From a virus (Duplodnaviria > Heunggongvirae > Uroviricota > Caudoviricetes), in IMG/VR virus record IMGVR_UViG_2802429253_000004: a stretch of DNA of 48,941 nucleotides. One strand, given 5' to 3'. Of this stretch, positions 1-7,875 are shown piece after piece; the first letter of the stretch is position 1, and every line of letters starts with the position of its first letter. Below the pieces are notes generated by a model, which did no database searches, was not told the origin of the DNA, and worked only from the letters and a program-made list of their open reading frames with translations. The position numbers and the translations under genes are program-made.

Positions 1-121
1 AAACCGAGGTTTTTGCGAATTGCCTCTGTATCGTCTGAACGATATTTTTTCCCGCTTTTAGCAACAATCGCGGTTTAGAAAGTATGCAATATGGTTATGC
101 GAGAGTGTCAACTTTTGACCA
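1..121. repeat. 121-bp terminal direct repeat, identical to 48821..48941 (overlap of a circular molecule)
   Basis: The first 121 nt match the last 121 nt of the window exactly. Confidence 0.9.
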
Positions 122-638
122 GAATTTAGAATTACAACTGGAGGCGCTCAGGCGTTCAGGATGTGACCGGATTTTTGAAGATAAAATATCCGGTGCTAAA
201 TCAAAACGACCTGGACTTGATAAGCTACTGAAGGTGTTACGGCCGGGCGATACGGTTATTGTCTGGAAGCTGGACCGAATGGGGCGTTCTCTGATTCATC
301 TTGTTGATTTACTTAACCATTTTTTATCAAACGACATTGAGTTTATTTCGATTACGGAAGGGATAAAAATTAGCACTTCAATTGGCCGCTTTGCCTACAC
401 GATGCTGAGTGCAGTCGCAGAGATGGAGCGGGAAAATATGATTGAAAGAACGCGTGCAGGATTGGCGGTGGCAAGGGCTAACGGCAGGATAGGAGGACGC
501 CGCTCAAAACTGGCACCAGAGCAATGGGAACAGATCGGAAGGCTTATTGCGAATGGTGTTTCACGTAAGCGGATAGCGATTATCTTCGATGTTACCTTAT
601 CCACGCTTTACCGCAGGTTTCCGGCTGGGAATCATTGA
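84..638 (+). CDS. Serine recombinase, DNA invertase of the Gin/Cin/Hin/Pin family
   Basis: 184 aa; N-terminal YARVSTxDQ catalytic motif, resolvase fold and C-terminal HTH, closely resembling Mu Gin; lies next to an invertible tail-fiber segment. Confidence 0.9.
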   Translation: MQYGYARVSTFDQNLELQLEALRRSGCDRIFEDKISGAKSKRPGLDKLLKVLRPGDTVIVWKLDRMGRSLIHLVDLLNHFLSNDIEFISITEGIKISTSIGRFAYTMLSAVAEMERENMIERTRAGLAVARANGRIGGRRSKLAPEQWEQIGRLIANGVSRKRIAIIFDVTLSTLYRRFPAGNH

Positions 639-768
639 CTGGAGTTAGGCCAGTAGTATGATGCTCGCAAAACGAGATCCAATTTAGATCCTTTTACTGG
701 TGGATTATCGTTCGATTAGTGAGAGACTTCGTGCATGACCGAAAGTGTTGTGGTAGAGTTCTCTTAAA

Positions 769-783
769 ACCACGTAACGTGGT
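769..783. promoter_or_regulatory. Operator-like palindrome ACCACGTAACGTGGT upstream of repA, same ACCAC-N5-GTGGT architecture as the cI/cro operators
   Basis: Perfect inverted half-sites ACCAC/GTGGT with 5-bp spacer; same pattern at 10711..10725, 11463..11477 and 11565..11579. Confidence 0.5.
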
Positions 784-821
784 TACGATTGTGGGTGTCT
801 GGTTGGAAAACGACCAGATAT

Positions 822-915
822 GGAAACAAAAAGCCCGCAGATAAATCTGCGGGCTTCTTGCGACATCCACGGAAAAACCAACAAACATATCCATGGGCGC
901 CTCGACAACTCCCAT
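822..915 (-). ncRNA. Candidate CopA-like antisense RNA of the repA leader (3' end defined by an intrinsic terminator on the minus strand)
   Basis: Minus-strand hairpin (about 832..856, stem AAGCCCGCAG/CTGCGGGCTT) followed by a U-run (about 821..830), just upstream of the repA start as in IncFII control regions; the 5' end is not defined. Confidence 0.35.
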
Positions 916-951
916 TATACGTTGGTTTTCCGTGGACGCAAGAGCGAACAT

Positions 952-1800
952 ATGGATAGACCAATGCCGTCTCTACGTTCAGCTTACGTTTGTAATTTGT
1001 CGCCGGAGTTCCAGCCTCCAAAGCACCATACGCACAAGCTGCCGCTGGTGTTATCTGATGCTTTACAGCGCATTAATGGTCGTGATCTTACGTGTGAGGT
1101 TGCGTTCTACGTTAATCAACCGTCAGAGCGGAAACGCCGGATAAACGAGCATCGTCGTCGGGCAATTAATGCTGTGATTGCTGCGATTTTGCACCATGTA
1201 AACATCATTTCTAAGCGGGTTCTGGCCAGTGCTGAGGCGTTGGCTGATTTTTGCGGCCTGTCTACCGTATCCGAAGCTGGGAACAAGTCTATAACGCGCT
1301 GTACAAGGGCGTTGTCGCAACTGAAAGAGTTAGGTTTTATTGATTATGAACGTCGCTGGGATCGGGTGAATAAACAGTATTGGCCAGCGAAAATCGAGAT
1401 TCGTGATCAACTGCTGGAAACAGTTGGTATTACTGAACAAGCATGGAGACGTGCGGTTAGCCAGAAACTTAATTACTTCAATGCGAAGAATAGCGAACGG
1501 CTTAAAAAAGCGATAACGGAGGCTGATTATAAGCGTATTGTTATTCAGGAGCAGATGGAGAATGTATGGCGTCAGAGGAAGACGGCCAGAGAGATAAAGG
1601 CAAAACAGAAAGCAGCGGAGAGAGCTGCGCGTCTTGTTCAGGAAAAGGGAGAGGCCGAACTTCGTCACCAAATCACTAGAGAGGTTAGCCAGGAATTTGC
1701 TGATGGCATGTATCCTGGTGCTGACCTTGCATATTTACGCTCCCTCGTTGATCAGCGTTATAACAGGCTAAGAAAGACCTGGACATCACTCCAACATTAA
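952..1800 (+). CDS. repA: Plasmid replication initiator RepA, IncFII (RepFIIA) RepA1-like
   Basis: Recognisable similarity to R100/R1 RepA1 (region LSTVSEAGNKSITRCTRALSQLKELGFIDYE); the ORF is open from 820 but the Met at 952 gives the RepA1-like length (283 aa) and clears the antisense hairpin; start is uncertain. Confidence 0.8.
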   Translation: MDRPMPSLRSAYVCNLSPEFQPPKHHTHKLPLVLSDALQRINGRDLTCEVAFYVNQPSERKRRINEHRRRAINAVIAAILHHVNIISKRVLASAEALADFCGLSTVSEAGNKSITRCTRALSQLKELGFIDYERRWDRVNKQYWPAKIEIRDQLLETVGITEQAWRRAVSQKLNYFNAKNSERLKKAITEADYKRIVIQEQMENVWRQRKTAREIKAKQKAAERAARLVQEKGEAELRHQITREVSQEFADGMYPGADLAYLRSLVDQRYNRLRKTWTSLQH

Positions 1801-1835
1801 CCCACCTGAATGATGAATCCGGTTTTACCGGAGGA

Positions 1836-2050
1836 TTATCCACGTCGCAATAAAATAGCTGTTCAAAAAACAAGCTAAATTAATTTTCTCTAAACCTGAA
1901 CACAGCGAAAATATCGTCTTTACAGGCATCAGCTAATCAAGTTATTCACAGTTTTGATATGTATATGCAAATGGTTTTTTATAATAGATGCACTAAACAA
2001 ATAAATGCAAAATCACTTTCTTTTATTAAAACTTTCTTTATTTAACTTAC
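1836..2050. other. Candidate replication origin (oriR-like): DnaA-box-like TTATCCACG at 1836..1844 followed by an AT-rich tract
   Basis: Lies directly downstream of repA as in IncFII replicons; 8/9 match to the DnaA box consensus; AT-rich stretch at about 1920..2040. Confidence 0.4.
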
Positions 2051-2443
2051 GCAGGCTTTGCCTGTGAATATGTTCGCCCTTGCAGCGAGCTAAAGCTCGC
2101 GCCGGTTCGAGTCGCTACGCTCAAATATACCTCCTCCGGCACTTGCCGGAGGCATGGAGCAGCCTGATCATCCTTTTCGAAACGGCGCGTTTCGAACTAT
2201 ACAAAATCAATTTATATAAGGCCGAAATAAGGCCTACGGCCGGGCTTTGCAGGAGGAAGGGGCGAGCCTTATCAATAAACGTCGATAAATACGCACACAG
2301 TAGCCATCAGAACGCGATAAAACGTAAGAAACATCATTTCCTATTAGACATAGAAAACTTGTCTTATACGCAATGTAGTAAATTTCTATTGCCACATAGG
2401 AAAAGATTTCCTACCATCGTAGATATAATAAATGGAGATGGTT

Positions 2444-2731
2444 ATGGATAAAGATACTGTTTTAAAAATGTTGAATCCGGCTTGTTTAAAAAAAGCGGAT
2501 GAATGGGAATCTCCTACATGTGGAGAAGTTCGGGCAGTCATTGGCCTGACCGGAATGAGCGGCTCGCAGTTGGCCAAAAAACTAGGCTTAAAAGATAGTC
2601 GCAATGTTCGCAACTGGCAGATGTTAAAGGAGTCCACATCCAGATCCAGCATTCCGTATGCAGCCTGGGCGCTGCTGTGTTACTTCGCTGGGTTAGGGTT
2701 AATCTTCATTGATAACAAAACAGATGTTTGA
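2444..2731 (+). CDS. Small HTH DNA-binding protein, function unknown
   Basis: HTH-like segment LTGMSGSQLAKKLGL; GGAG ribosome-binding site 6 nt before the ATG at 2444. Confidence 0.5.
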   Translation: MDKDTVLKMLNPACLKKADEWESPTCGEVRAVIGLTGMSGSQLAKKLGLKDSRNVRNWQMLKESTSRSSIPYAAWALLCYFAGLGLIFIDNKTDV

Positions 2732-2754
2732 AACATGCAAATATGAGGTTTGTT

Positions 2755-3018
2755 ATGGAACTTGTACGCAAAACACGCAAAGAGTTCTTGGACCTGTATC
2801 GCATGGGAGCTTTCACTTGTGTTGTGGCTACCCAGGACGAAGTGACAAAAAGCTGGCGGCTTTTTGCTCTCAATAAAAAAGGGATTGCCGTTTTCATTGA
2901 AAAAGCCCGTGGTGGTATCCGCGAATGGGCGGGATTGAATTATGTGGCTGATTTTTGCGCAGCTATGGGGATTCGTCGCTGGGAAGTCCATATGCCAGGA
3001 GTAAAGTCACAAAAATAG
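2755..3018 (+). CDS. Hypothetical protein
   Basis: ORF directly downstream of the HTH gene; GAGG ribosome-binding site before the ATG at 2755; no recognisable motif. Confidence 0.4.
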   Translation: MELVRKTRKEFLDLYRMGAFTCVVATQDEVTKSWRLFALNKKGIAVFIEKARGGIREWAGLNYVADFCAAMGIRRWEVHMPGVKSQK

Positions 3019-3262
3019 GGCTTTCGCGTCGAAAATGAGGCGAAACTGAAAACGAGATTTCATTAACAAATAAGCAACATAAAAAACGGTGGAAAACGCC
3101 CAGGAAAACATGATCTTTTGAGCGGATTTTTTAGATCCGACAATGAACGGTGATCCGGTGGTGCCGATAACGTCCATTATGTTAAATAGCCCCGTTTTTC
3201 TTGAAATTATAACTCACAGGTTATATAGTTAGTGATATAAACTACAGGTTATAGGATTGAGC

Positions 3263-3610
3263 ATGTGGACGGTACTTTTTAGCCAGCGATTTGACGACTG
3301 GCTAAATGAGCAAGAAGACGCTCTTCAGGAAAAGGTTTTGGCTGATTTGAAAAAGCTACAGGTTTACGGACCTGAGTTACCCAGGCCATATGCCGATACC
3401 GTAAAAGGTTCTCGGTACAAAAATATGAAAGAGCTTCGCGTTCAGTTTTCTGGCCGTCCGATAAGAGCCTTTTATGCGTTCGATCCGATTCGCCGGGCCA
3501 TCGTTCTTTGTGCAGGAGACAAAAGTAACGATAAGCGGTTTTATGAAAAACTGGTGCGTATAGCTGAGGATGAGTTTGCAGCACATCTGAACACACTGGA
3601 GAGCAAGTAA
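3263..3610 (+). CDS. higB: Type II toxin, RelE/ParE superfamily, HigB-like (Gp49-like killer protein)
   Basis: About 115 aa; toxin-first order with an overlapping downstream HTH antitoxin (stop and start share 3608..3612). Confidence 0.65.
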   Translation: MWTVLFSQRFDDWLNEQEDALQEKVLADLKKLQVYGPELPRPYADTVKGSRYKNMKELRVQFSGRPIRAFYAFDPIRRAIVLCAGDKSNDKRFYEKLVRIAEDEFAAHLNTLESK

Positions 3611-3909
3611 TGAGAACATTAGATGAGGCGATTGCCAGCCGTTCACCGGAAAGCCAGGCGCGAATTAAAGAAATGGCAGATGAGATGATTCTTGAGGTCG
3701 GCTTGCAGATGATGCGTGAAGAACTCCAGTTATCACAAAAACAGGTTGCTGAGGCGATGGGTATAAGCCAGCCAGCAGTAACAAAGCTGGAGCAGCGCGG
3801 AAATGATTTAAAGCTGGCGACATTAAAGCGTTACGTTGAAGCTATGGGAGGCAAATTAAGCCTGGATGTTGAGCTTCCCACAGGAAAACGAATAGCGTTT
3901 AACATCTGA
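3610..3909 (+). CDS. higA: Type II antitoxin, XRE-family HTH, HigA-like
   Basis: 99 aa; HTH motif LSQKQVAEAMGISQPAVTKLE; translationally coupled to the upstream toxin. Confidence 0.65.
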   Translation: MRTLDEAIASRSPESQARIKEMADEMILEVGLQMMREELQLSQKQVAEAMGISQPAVTKLEQRGNDLKLATLKRYVEAMGGKLSLDVELPTGKRIAFNI

Positions 3910-3924
3910 TCAGAACGAATGATA

Positions 3925-3952
3925 AGCCCCTGTTGCAAAGGGGCTTTTTTGT
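3925..3952 (+). terminator. Rho-independent terminator after the higBA-like pair
   Basis: Stem AGCCCCT/AGGGGCT with 7-nt loop, then TTTTTT. Confidence 0.7.
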
Positions 3953-3955
3953 GCT

Positions 3956-4072
3956 TATAGAATTATATAATTATAGATTTATATAAAAAGTGCTTTACAG
4001 GTGGGAAAAAATTTCCTATGGTTATACCCGAAACCGAGCGATACCCGCCCTGGTTAAACCGGAGATAACCCG
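3956..4072 (+). promoter_or_regulatory. Promoter/leader cassette, copy A (AT-rich iterons, -35 TTTACA, 17-bp spacer, -10 TATGGT, conserved ~45-nt leader with GGAG ribosome-binding site)
   Basis: Near-identical to 13991..14118 and 20858..20974; each copy ends at the ATG of a different gene. Confidence 0.6.
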
Positions 4073-4453
4073 ATGAGCATGATTAAAATCCGCAAAAACG
4101 CTTTCCTTAAAATTCAAACTATCCTGGCTGGTTCTGTTGGCGTGATTTGCCGTTCTTCCTCAAGCCGCATCGATGACTGCTACGATGATGAGTATCGTGT
4201 GTCCTCATGCGATGAGGCTTTAACCTGGCTGAAGGAGAATCAGGAACGTGCCCAGGTATATCTGGAAACAGAGAACGGCAATCAGATGCTGCGTATTAGC
4301 GGTCGTTATGGATTTGAAACTACATTCATGGCCTATTTTAATCAGGCTTACTTTGACAAGGAGTTGGCCTGGTACACTGATCGCATGAGCAAAAGCGAGC
4401 CAGCCCCGATTACACCGCCGAACAATAAACCATTTTTATTCCTCGTTAAGTAA
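4073..4453 (+). CDS. Hypothetical protein driven by cassette copy A
   Basis: 126-aa ORF whose ATG directly follows the conserved leader. Confidence 0.5.
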   Translation: MSMIKIRKNAFLKIQTILAGSVGVICRSSSSRIDDCYDDEYRVSSCDEALTWLKENQERAQVYLETENGNQMLRISGRYGFETTFMAYFNQAYFDKELAWYTDRMSKSEPAPITPPNNKPFLFLVK

Positions 4454-4516
4454 ACACAATGTGCAAAGTGTCATTTTGACACTTTGCGAGTGTTAATATT
4501 GTGCGAGGAGGGTGCT

Positions 4517-4789
4517 ATGACGGGTTATGAATTGAAATTATGGCGTCGTGGGATGAACTGGACGCAGGAGCGAGCCGCCGAAGAATTTGGGATATCGTTG
4601 GCTACATATAAGCGATATGAGAAGGGGGAGCCGCCGAGGGTCATTGAGATGGCCATTCGCGTTCTGTCGTTTGACGATATGGTGAAGGATCTTTCACACC
4701 TTGATAAAGACGCGATTCTGTTAAGGCTGCAAACCCTTGTATGGGAAAAGGTTAAAGTGTCGTCAGAATTGGAACAAGGGATCAAATGA
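4517..4789 (+). CDS. Small HTH-domain protein (XRE-like)
   Basis: Motif WTQERAAEEFGISLATYKRYEKGE; strong ribosome-binding site GAGGAGGG before the ATG at 4517. Confidence 0.5.
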   Translation: MTGYELKLWRRGMNWTQERAAEEFGISLATYKRYEKGEPPRVIEMAIRVLSFDDMVKDLSHLDKDAILLRLQTLVWEKVKVSSELEQGIK

Positions 4790-4837
4790 TCCTTTACGGA
4801 TCGTTTTATGGTGGTGTAATGTAAGCGCCAGAAAGAC

Positions 4838-4865
4838 AAAAACCGCCTTGCCGGGCGGTTTTCAG
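4838..4865 (+). terminator. Rho-independent terminator
   Basis: Stem AACCGCC/GGCGGTT followed by a T-run. Confidence 0.6.
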
Positions 4866-5424
4866 TCTGAAATTTAAATCTTGCTTGGTCGGCTGGATTT
4901 AAAAAGACACCTCTTGATTGGGGCGGCTTTCTTGCGTCTAAAGATAATCAAATCTTTTTGCGCCTGCAACCCCTTTTTTACTGGTGCCCATTTCAGACTC
5001 ACGCTCGCGTCGTTGTCTTTGCCACTTCGTTGGGTTCGGTGTTTTTGGGCGAAGTGGTGCGCGGGTATGCGTACAAGGGGAAAGTGTGCTGACGCAAGCC
5101 AGGAACAGCGATCTAAACTAAGTCGAGTCTGAGAAAGGCAGGAGTGCGACAACTCGCCTGTGCTCTATGAGCAGAAGAAGGTATATCAGACGACCAATGG
5201 CATGATTGTGGGCCACAGGGCGCACACGGCGGCGAAGCATTGGAAACGATGTGGAGCTATCTGGTGGCATGAGTTCCGGTACTCGATCTCGAGCTTTTTT
5301 TGATGCTTTTGAGAAGGGGCCGGAACTCCGGTAAAGGGCACCCTGTATGGGGGGAGGGGGGGTTGTGTCTAAAGGAAGATCTAATACGATATTGCTTTAC
5401 CCTTATATCTAAAAGGAGATTTCT

Positions 5425-6060
5425 ATGGGGATGCTGGTGGCGTTTATTATTAGCCTGATTTTGTGTTTCTTCGTAGTTCGTGGCGCATATCGGAAACAAT
5501 GTGCCTCGTCTTCTGGTAGTAAGTTCAAGGTTGTTTTAGTGAGTGGCTTTCTCGGGATTGCTACTTTTGTAGTTGTTAATACTTTTGCGGCTGTGACCTT
5601 GATCCCCGAAGACTCCAGCGCTACGGCTACTACCGGAGCTGCTTTTGATGGTGTGACCGTAGATAAGTTTAAGCAGTTATATAATGATGACCTTGAAGGC
5701 ATCGCTACATCAGGAAAAGCCACCTCCACTATAAGAATTAAGTCTGTTAAACAAGGTAACAACACCGTTGAATTTGCCATCAACTCATCTGTTAACGGTC
5801 GAGCTAGAGTTGATAAGGATGGGAAGATTTCAGAGTTATTATGGCGAGTATCTAAGCCTAGCTCTGATTCCTTGCTTTCTATGGCCGTAGCTGTTGAAGT
5901 CTTGGATGCATCAAGTGATAGAGACACAGTGATCGCGCAGTTAGAGCAGATTGTTAAATCTGATACGCAGAAAGCTGAGTTTAAGACTAAGAGAGGCGAG
6001 TATTACGTTTCTCGTGACAAATCAGGGCACGTGTCGCTATTGATTACACCGAAATATTAA
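5425..6060 (+). CDS. Membrane protein with two N-terminal transmembrane helices, function unknown
   Basis: 211 aa; hydrophobic segments LVAFIISLILCFFVV and VVLVSGFLGIATFVVV; AAGGAG ribosome-binding site; stand-alone gene bounded by terminators. Confidence 0.6.
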   Translation: MGMLVAFIISLILCFFVVRGAYRKQCASSSGSKFKVVLVSGFLGIATFVVVNTFAAVTLIPEDSSATATTGAAFDGVTVDKFKQLYNDDLEGIATSGKATSTIRIKSVKQGNNTVEFAINSSVNGRARVDKDGKISELLWRVSKPSSDSLLSMAVAVEVLDASSDRDTVIAQLEQIVKSDTQKAEFKTKRGEYYVSRDKSGHVSLLITPKY

Positions 6061-6070
6061 GAATTGAAGA

Positions 6071-6096
6071 AGCGCCCAAATCGGGCGCTTTGTTTT
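6071..6096. terminator. Bidirectional intrinsic terminator between convergent genes
   Basis: Stem AGCGCCC/GGGCGCT with a T-rich tail on the plus strand and a U-rich tail on the minus strand. Confidence 0.65.
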
Positions 6097-7237
6097 ATGG
6101 TTTTGCACCTGCGGCCAGTTTATCCGCAGATATTTTTATCAGTTCCTGTAGTGTCCTGGCTGGCAGGTTTGCATCCAGAACGCTGAGTATGCTGTTGTGA
6201 TCAGCCTGGTCGACTACTTTGCCTGTCGGTGGTAGTAGCTTGAGCTGAGGATTCAGGTTTTCGTCAAAGCTGATAAGTGCTCTGGCGTTTCTGAGCAGAT
6301 CAAGAAGTAAGGCTGATATCACATCATCTTTAGTCATTGTTGGTAGATTTAGTGCCGCTTTAGTTTTCTCCGTCGCCTTGTCAAACTCTTTGATTAGTGT
6401 CTTGCGGTAGTTTGGTTCTGTTAATAGCCGATGATGTTCTGTTGCCGTTCGGATAATCTTTGTTTCCTGATACAGTCGGTTGTATAGCATTCGCTCGTAT
6501 TCTGCCTTTAACACGCTGCTGATAGCGTTAAAGGCTTCAATGTAGGCCAGCTTGATATCCTTCACGCCTGGACCGTCGATACTTTCCATGAGCAAGGTAA
6601 ATCCGTCTTTTGTCATGCGATAGATTGTTATTTCGCGGTCGCTTCCTTCCAGCGGTCGTTGCTCTTTAAAGAAATGACGCGCCGCAGCCGTGCGAGGAAT
6701 GCGTAATGCATCGATGGCCATTACGATGGAATTGTTTGTGGTGCTGAATGCTTGGGCAACATCGGCTGAGGTTGTGAGTGGCTCGTTGTTGCACACCTTA
6801 ATGTAATACATCGGTTTGGCATTGAGTGTATCGACAACCTCACGAGCATTGTTTGGCGAGACGGTTACGGTCGCGGCCGTTTGCGCGTTCTGGTTGAAGT
6901 AGCAGTCTTCCAGCCGTTCGAATACATCCCACGCCTGATCGGTTTCGAGCATTTTAGCGTGACGTGCAGCCCCGCGTTCGGTCCAGAGGATGAGTTTTCT
7001 AACGTTATTCGCGATGGTTTGAAAATCTCTTAAAGAGATTTTCAAACTTTGGAGATCTGTACCTTTTACAACTATGAAATGTTTTCCTTCTGTAAACCGG
7101 GACTTATTACGGTGGTGATTTCTGTGAAGACATTCGACGCTACAGCCATATAGTTTGGCAAGCAGCTCCGTGGTGATAACGGGGAGCTGGTTATGCAGGA
7201 TAGGCTGTAGGGTGTTAACGGTCGGAAGCGTTTTCAT
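6095..7237 (-). CDS. Antirepressor-like regulator with ORF6N-type N-terminal domain and Rha domain
   Basis: 380 aa; N-terminal segment ending LWTERGAARHAKMLETDQAWDVFERL, central Rha-like segment ITIYRMTKDGFTLLMESIDGPGVKDIKLAYIEAFNAI. Confidence 0.7.
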   Translation of the reverse strand: MKTLPTVNTLQPILHNQLPVITTELLAKLYGCSVECLHRNHHRNKSRFTEGKHFIVVKGTDLQSLKISLRDFQTIANNVRKLILWTERGAARHAKMLETDQAWDVFERLEDCYFNQNAQTAATVTVSPNNAREVVDTLNAKPMYYIKVCNNEPLTTSADVAQAFSTTNNSIVMAIDALRIPRTAAARHFFKEQRPLEGSDREITIYRMTKDGFTLLMESIDGPGVKDIKLAYIEAFNAISSVLKAEYERMLYNRLYQETKIIRTATEHHRLLTEPNYRKTLIKEFDKATEKTKAALNLPTMTKDDVISALLLDLLRNARALISFDENLNPQLKLLPPTGKVVDQADHNSILSVLDANLPARTLQELIKISADKLAAGAKP

Positions 7238-7425
7238 TTTGCACCTCCCATAACTACTTTGGTTACGAGGGAGATTTTTGCGTCAGAAACAGCGTTATCG
7301 TTGCTGGCGATGCGCATAGCTTCGCGCTCGATGATTTCAGCCAGGCGGAATTTATCGGCGTATGAGGCTTTCTTGAGAAGGATCTTTACGAGGTTGACGT
7401 AATAGTCATGGGGTAGGTTTGTCAT
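7234..7425 (-). CDS. Small protein translationally coupled to the antirepressor gene (positionally Icd-like)
   Basis: 63 aa; its stop overlaps the ant start (ATGA); ribosome-binding site AAGGGA on the minus strand. Confidence 0.45.
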   Translation of the reverse strand: MTNLPHDYYVNLVKILLKKASYADKFRLAEIIEREAMRIASNDNAVSDAKISLVTKVVMGGAK

Positions 7426-7587
7426 TGTGATGATTCCCTTAAAGGTTAAGGATACTCACCACCGTCAGGTTCCAATCATTGGGTGGTGAGACGTGCAGGG
7501 TTGGAACTACCGGACACAATGACGAACCGGCGAGTCTTACGACTCCCCCGCACGCCCCACCATAATTTGGGTGTAGCAGTGCTTTAC

Positions 7588-7612
7588 GCATAAAAAAACC
7601 GCTAACGCGGTA
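7588..7612 (-). terminator. Intrinsic terminator on the minus strand within the leader of the antirepressor operon (3' end of a candidate small RNA or attenuator)
   Basis: Minus-strand hairpin ACCGCG..GCGGT followed by TTTTTTT; mutually exclusive pairing segments upstream (TCTACGG / CCGTAGA / CTACGG at 7626..7663). Confidence 0.4.
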
Positions 7613-7875
7613 TGCGCCATTGTGTCTACGGGGTTCCAATCCCGACCGTAGATTTTGCTACGGCTCGGAAAGTGTCCACCAATGGCGCATTCATGTCAAT
7701 ACGGCGGGATTTTAACAGAGGCAACCACATAGCGTGGGTTTGAATGCAGGGCTTTTAATTTTCTTGATATGCTAAGAACGGGAATGTATAGTTCCTGTAA
7801 GGAACAAATCAGTCCTAAATTGTGATGTTTTGTTAAAGTTGGGAACAAGAAAAAAATTTATTATGGGGATAAAAA

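Noticed and set aside
84-638. Possible integrase function for the serine recombinase
   Set aside because: It is a small (184 aa) resolvase/invertase-type enzyme with matching inverted gix-like sites around the tail fiber segment; there is no large C-terminal domain and no att-like site.
820-951. N-terminal 44-codon extension of the repA ORF (ORF track start at 820)
   Set aside because: The extension overlaps the CopA-like antisense hairpin and has no ribosome-binding site; the Met at 952 gives a RepA1-like length, so the upstream part is more likely leader than coding.
2080-2451. 123-aa ORF on the plus strand
   Set aside because: It spans the cluster of GC-rich hairpins downstream of the origin, has no ribosome-binding site and low-complexity translation; more likely non-coding origin-associated structure.
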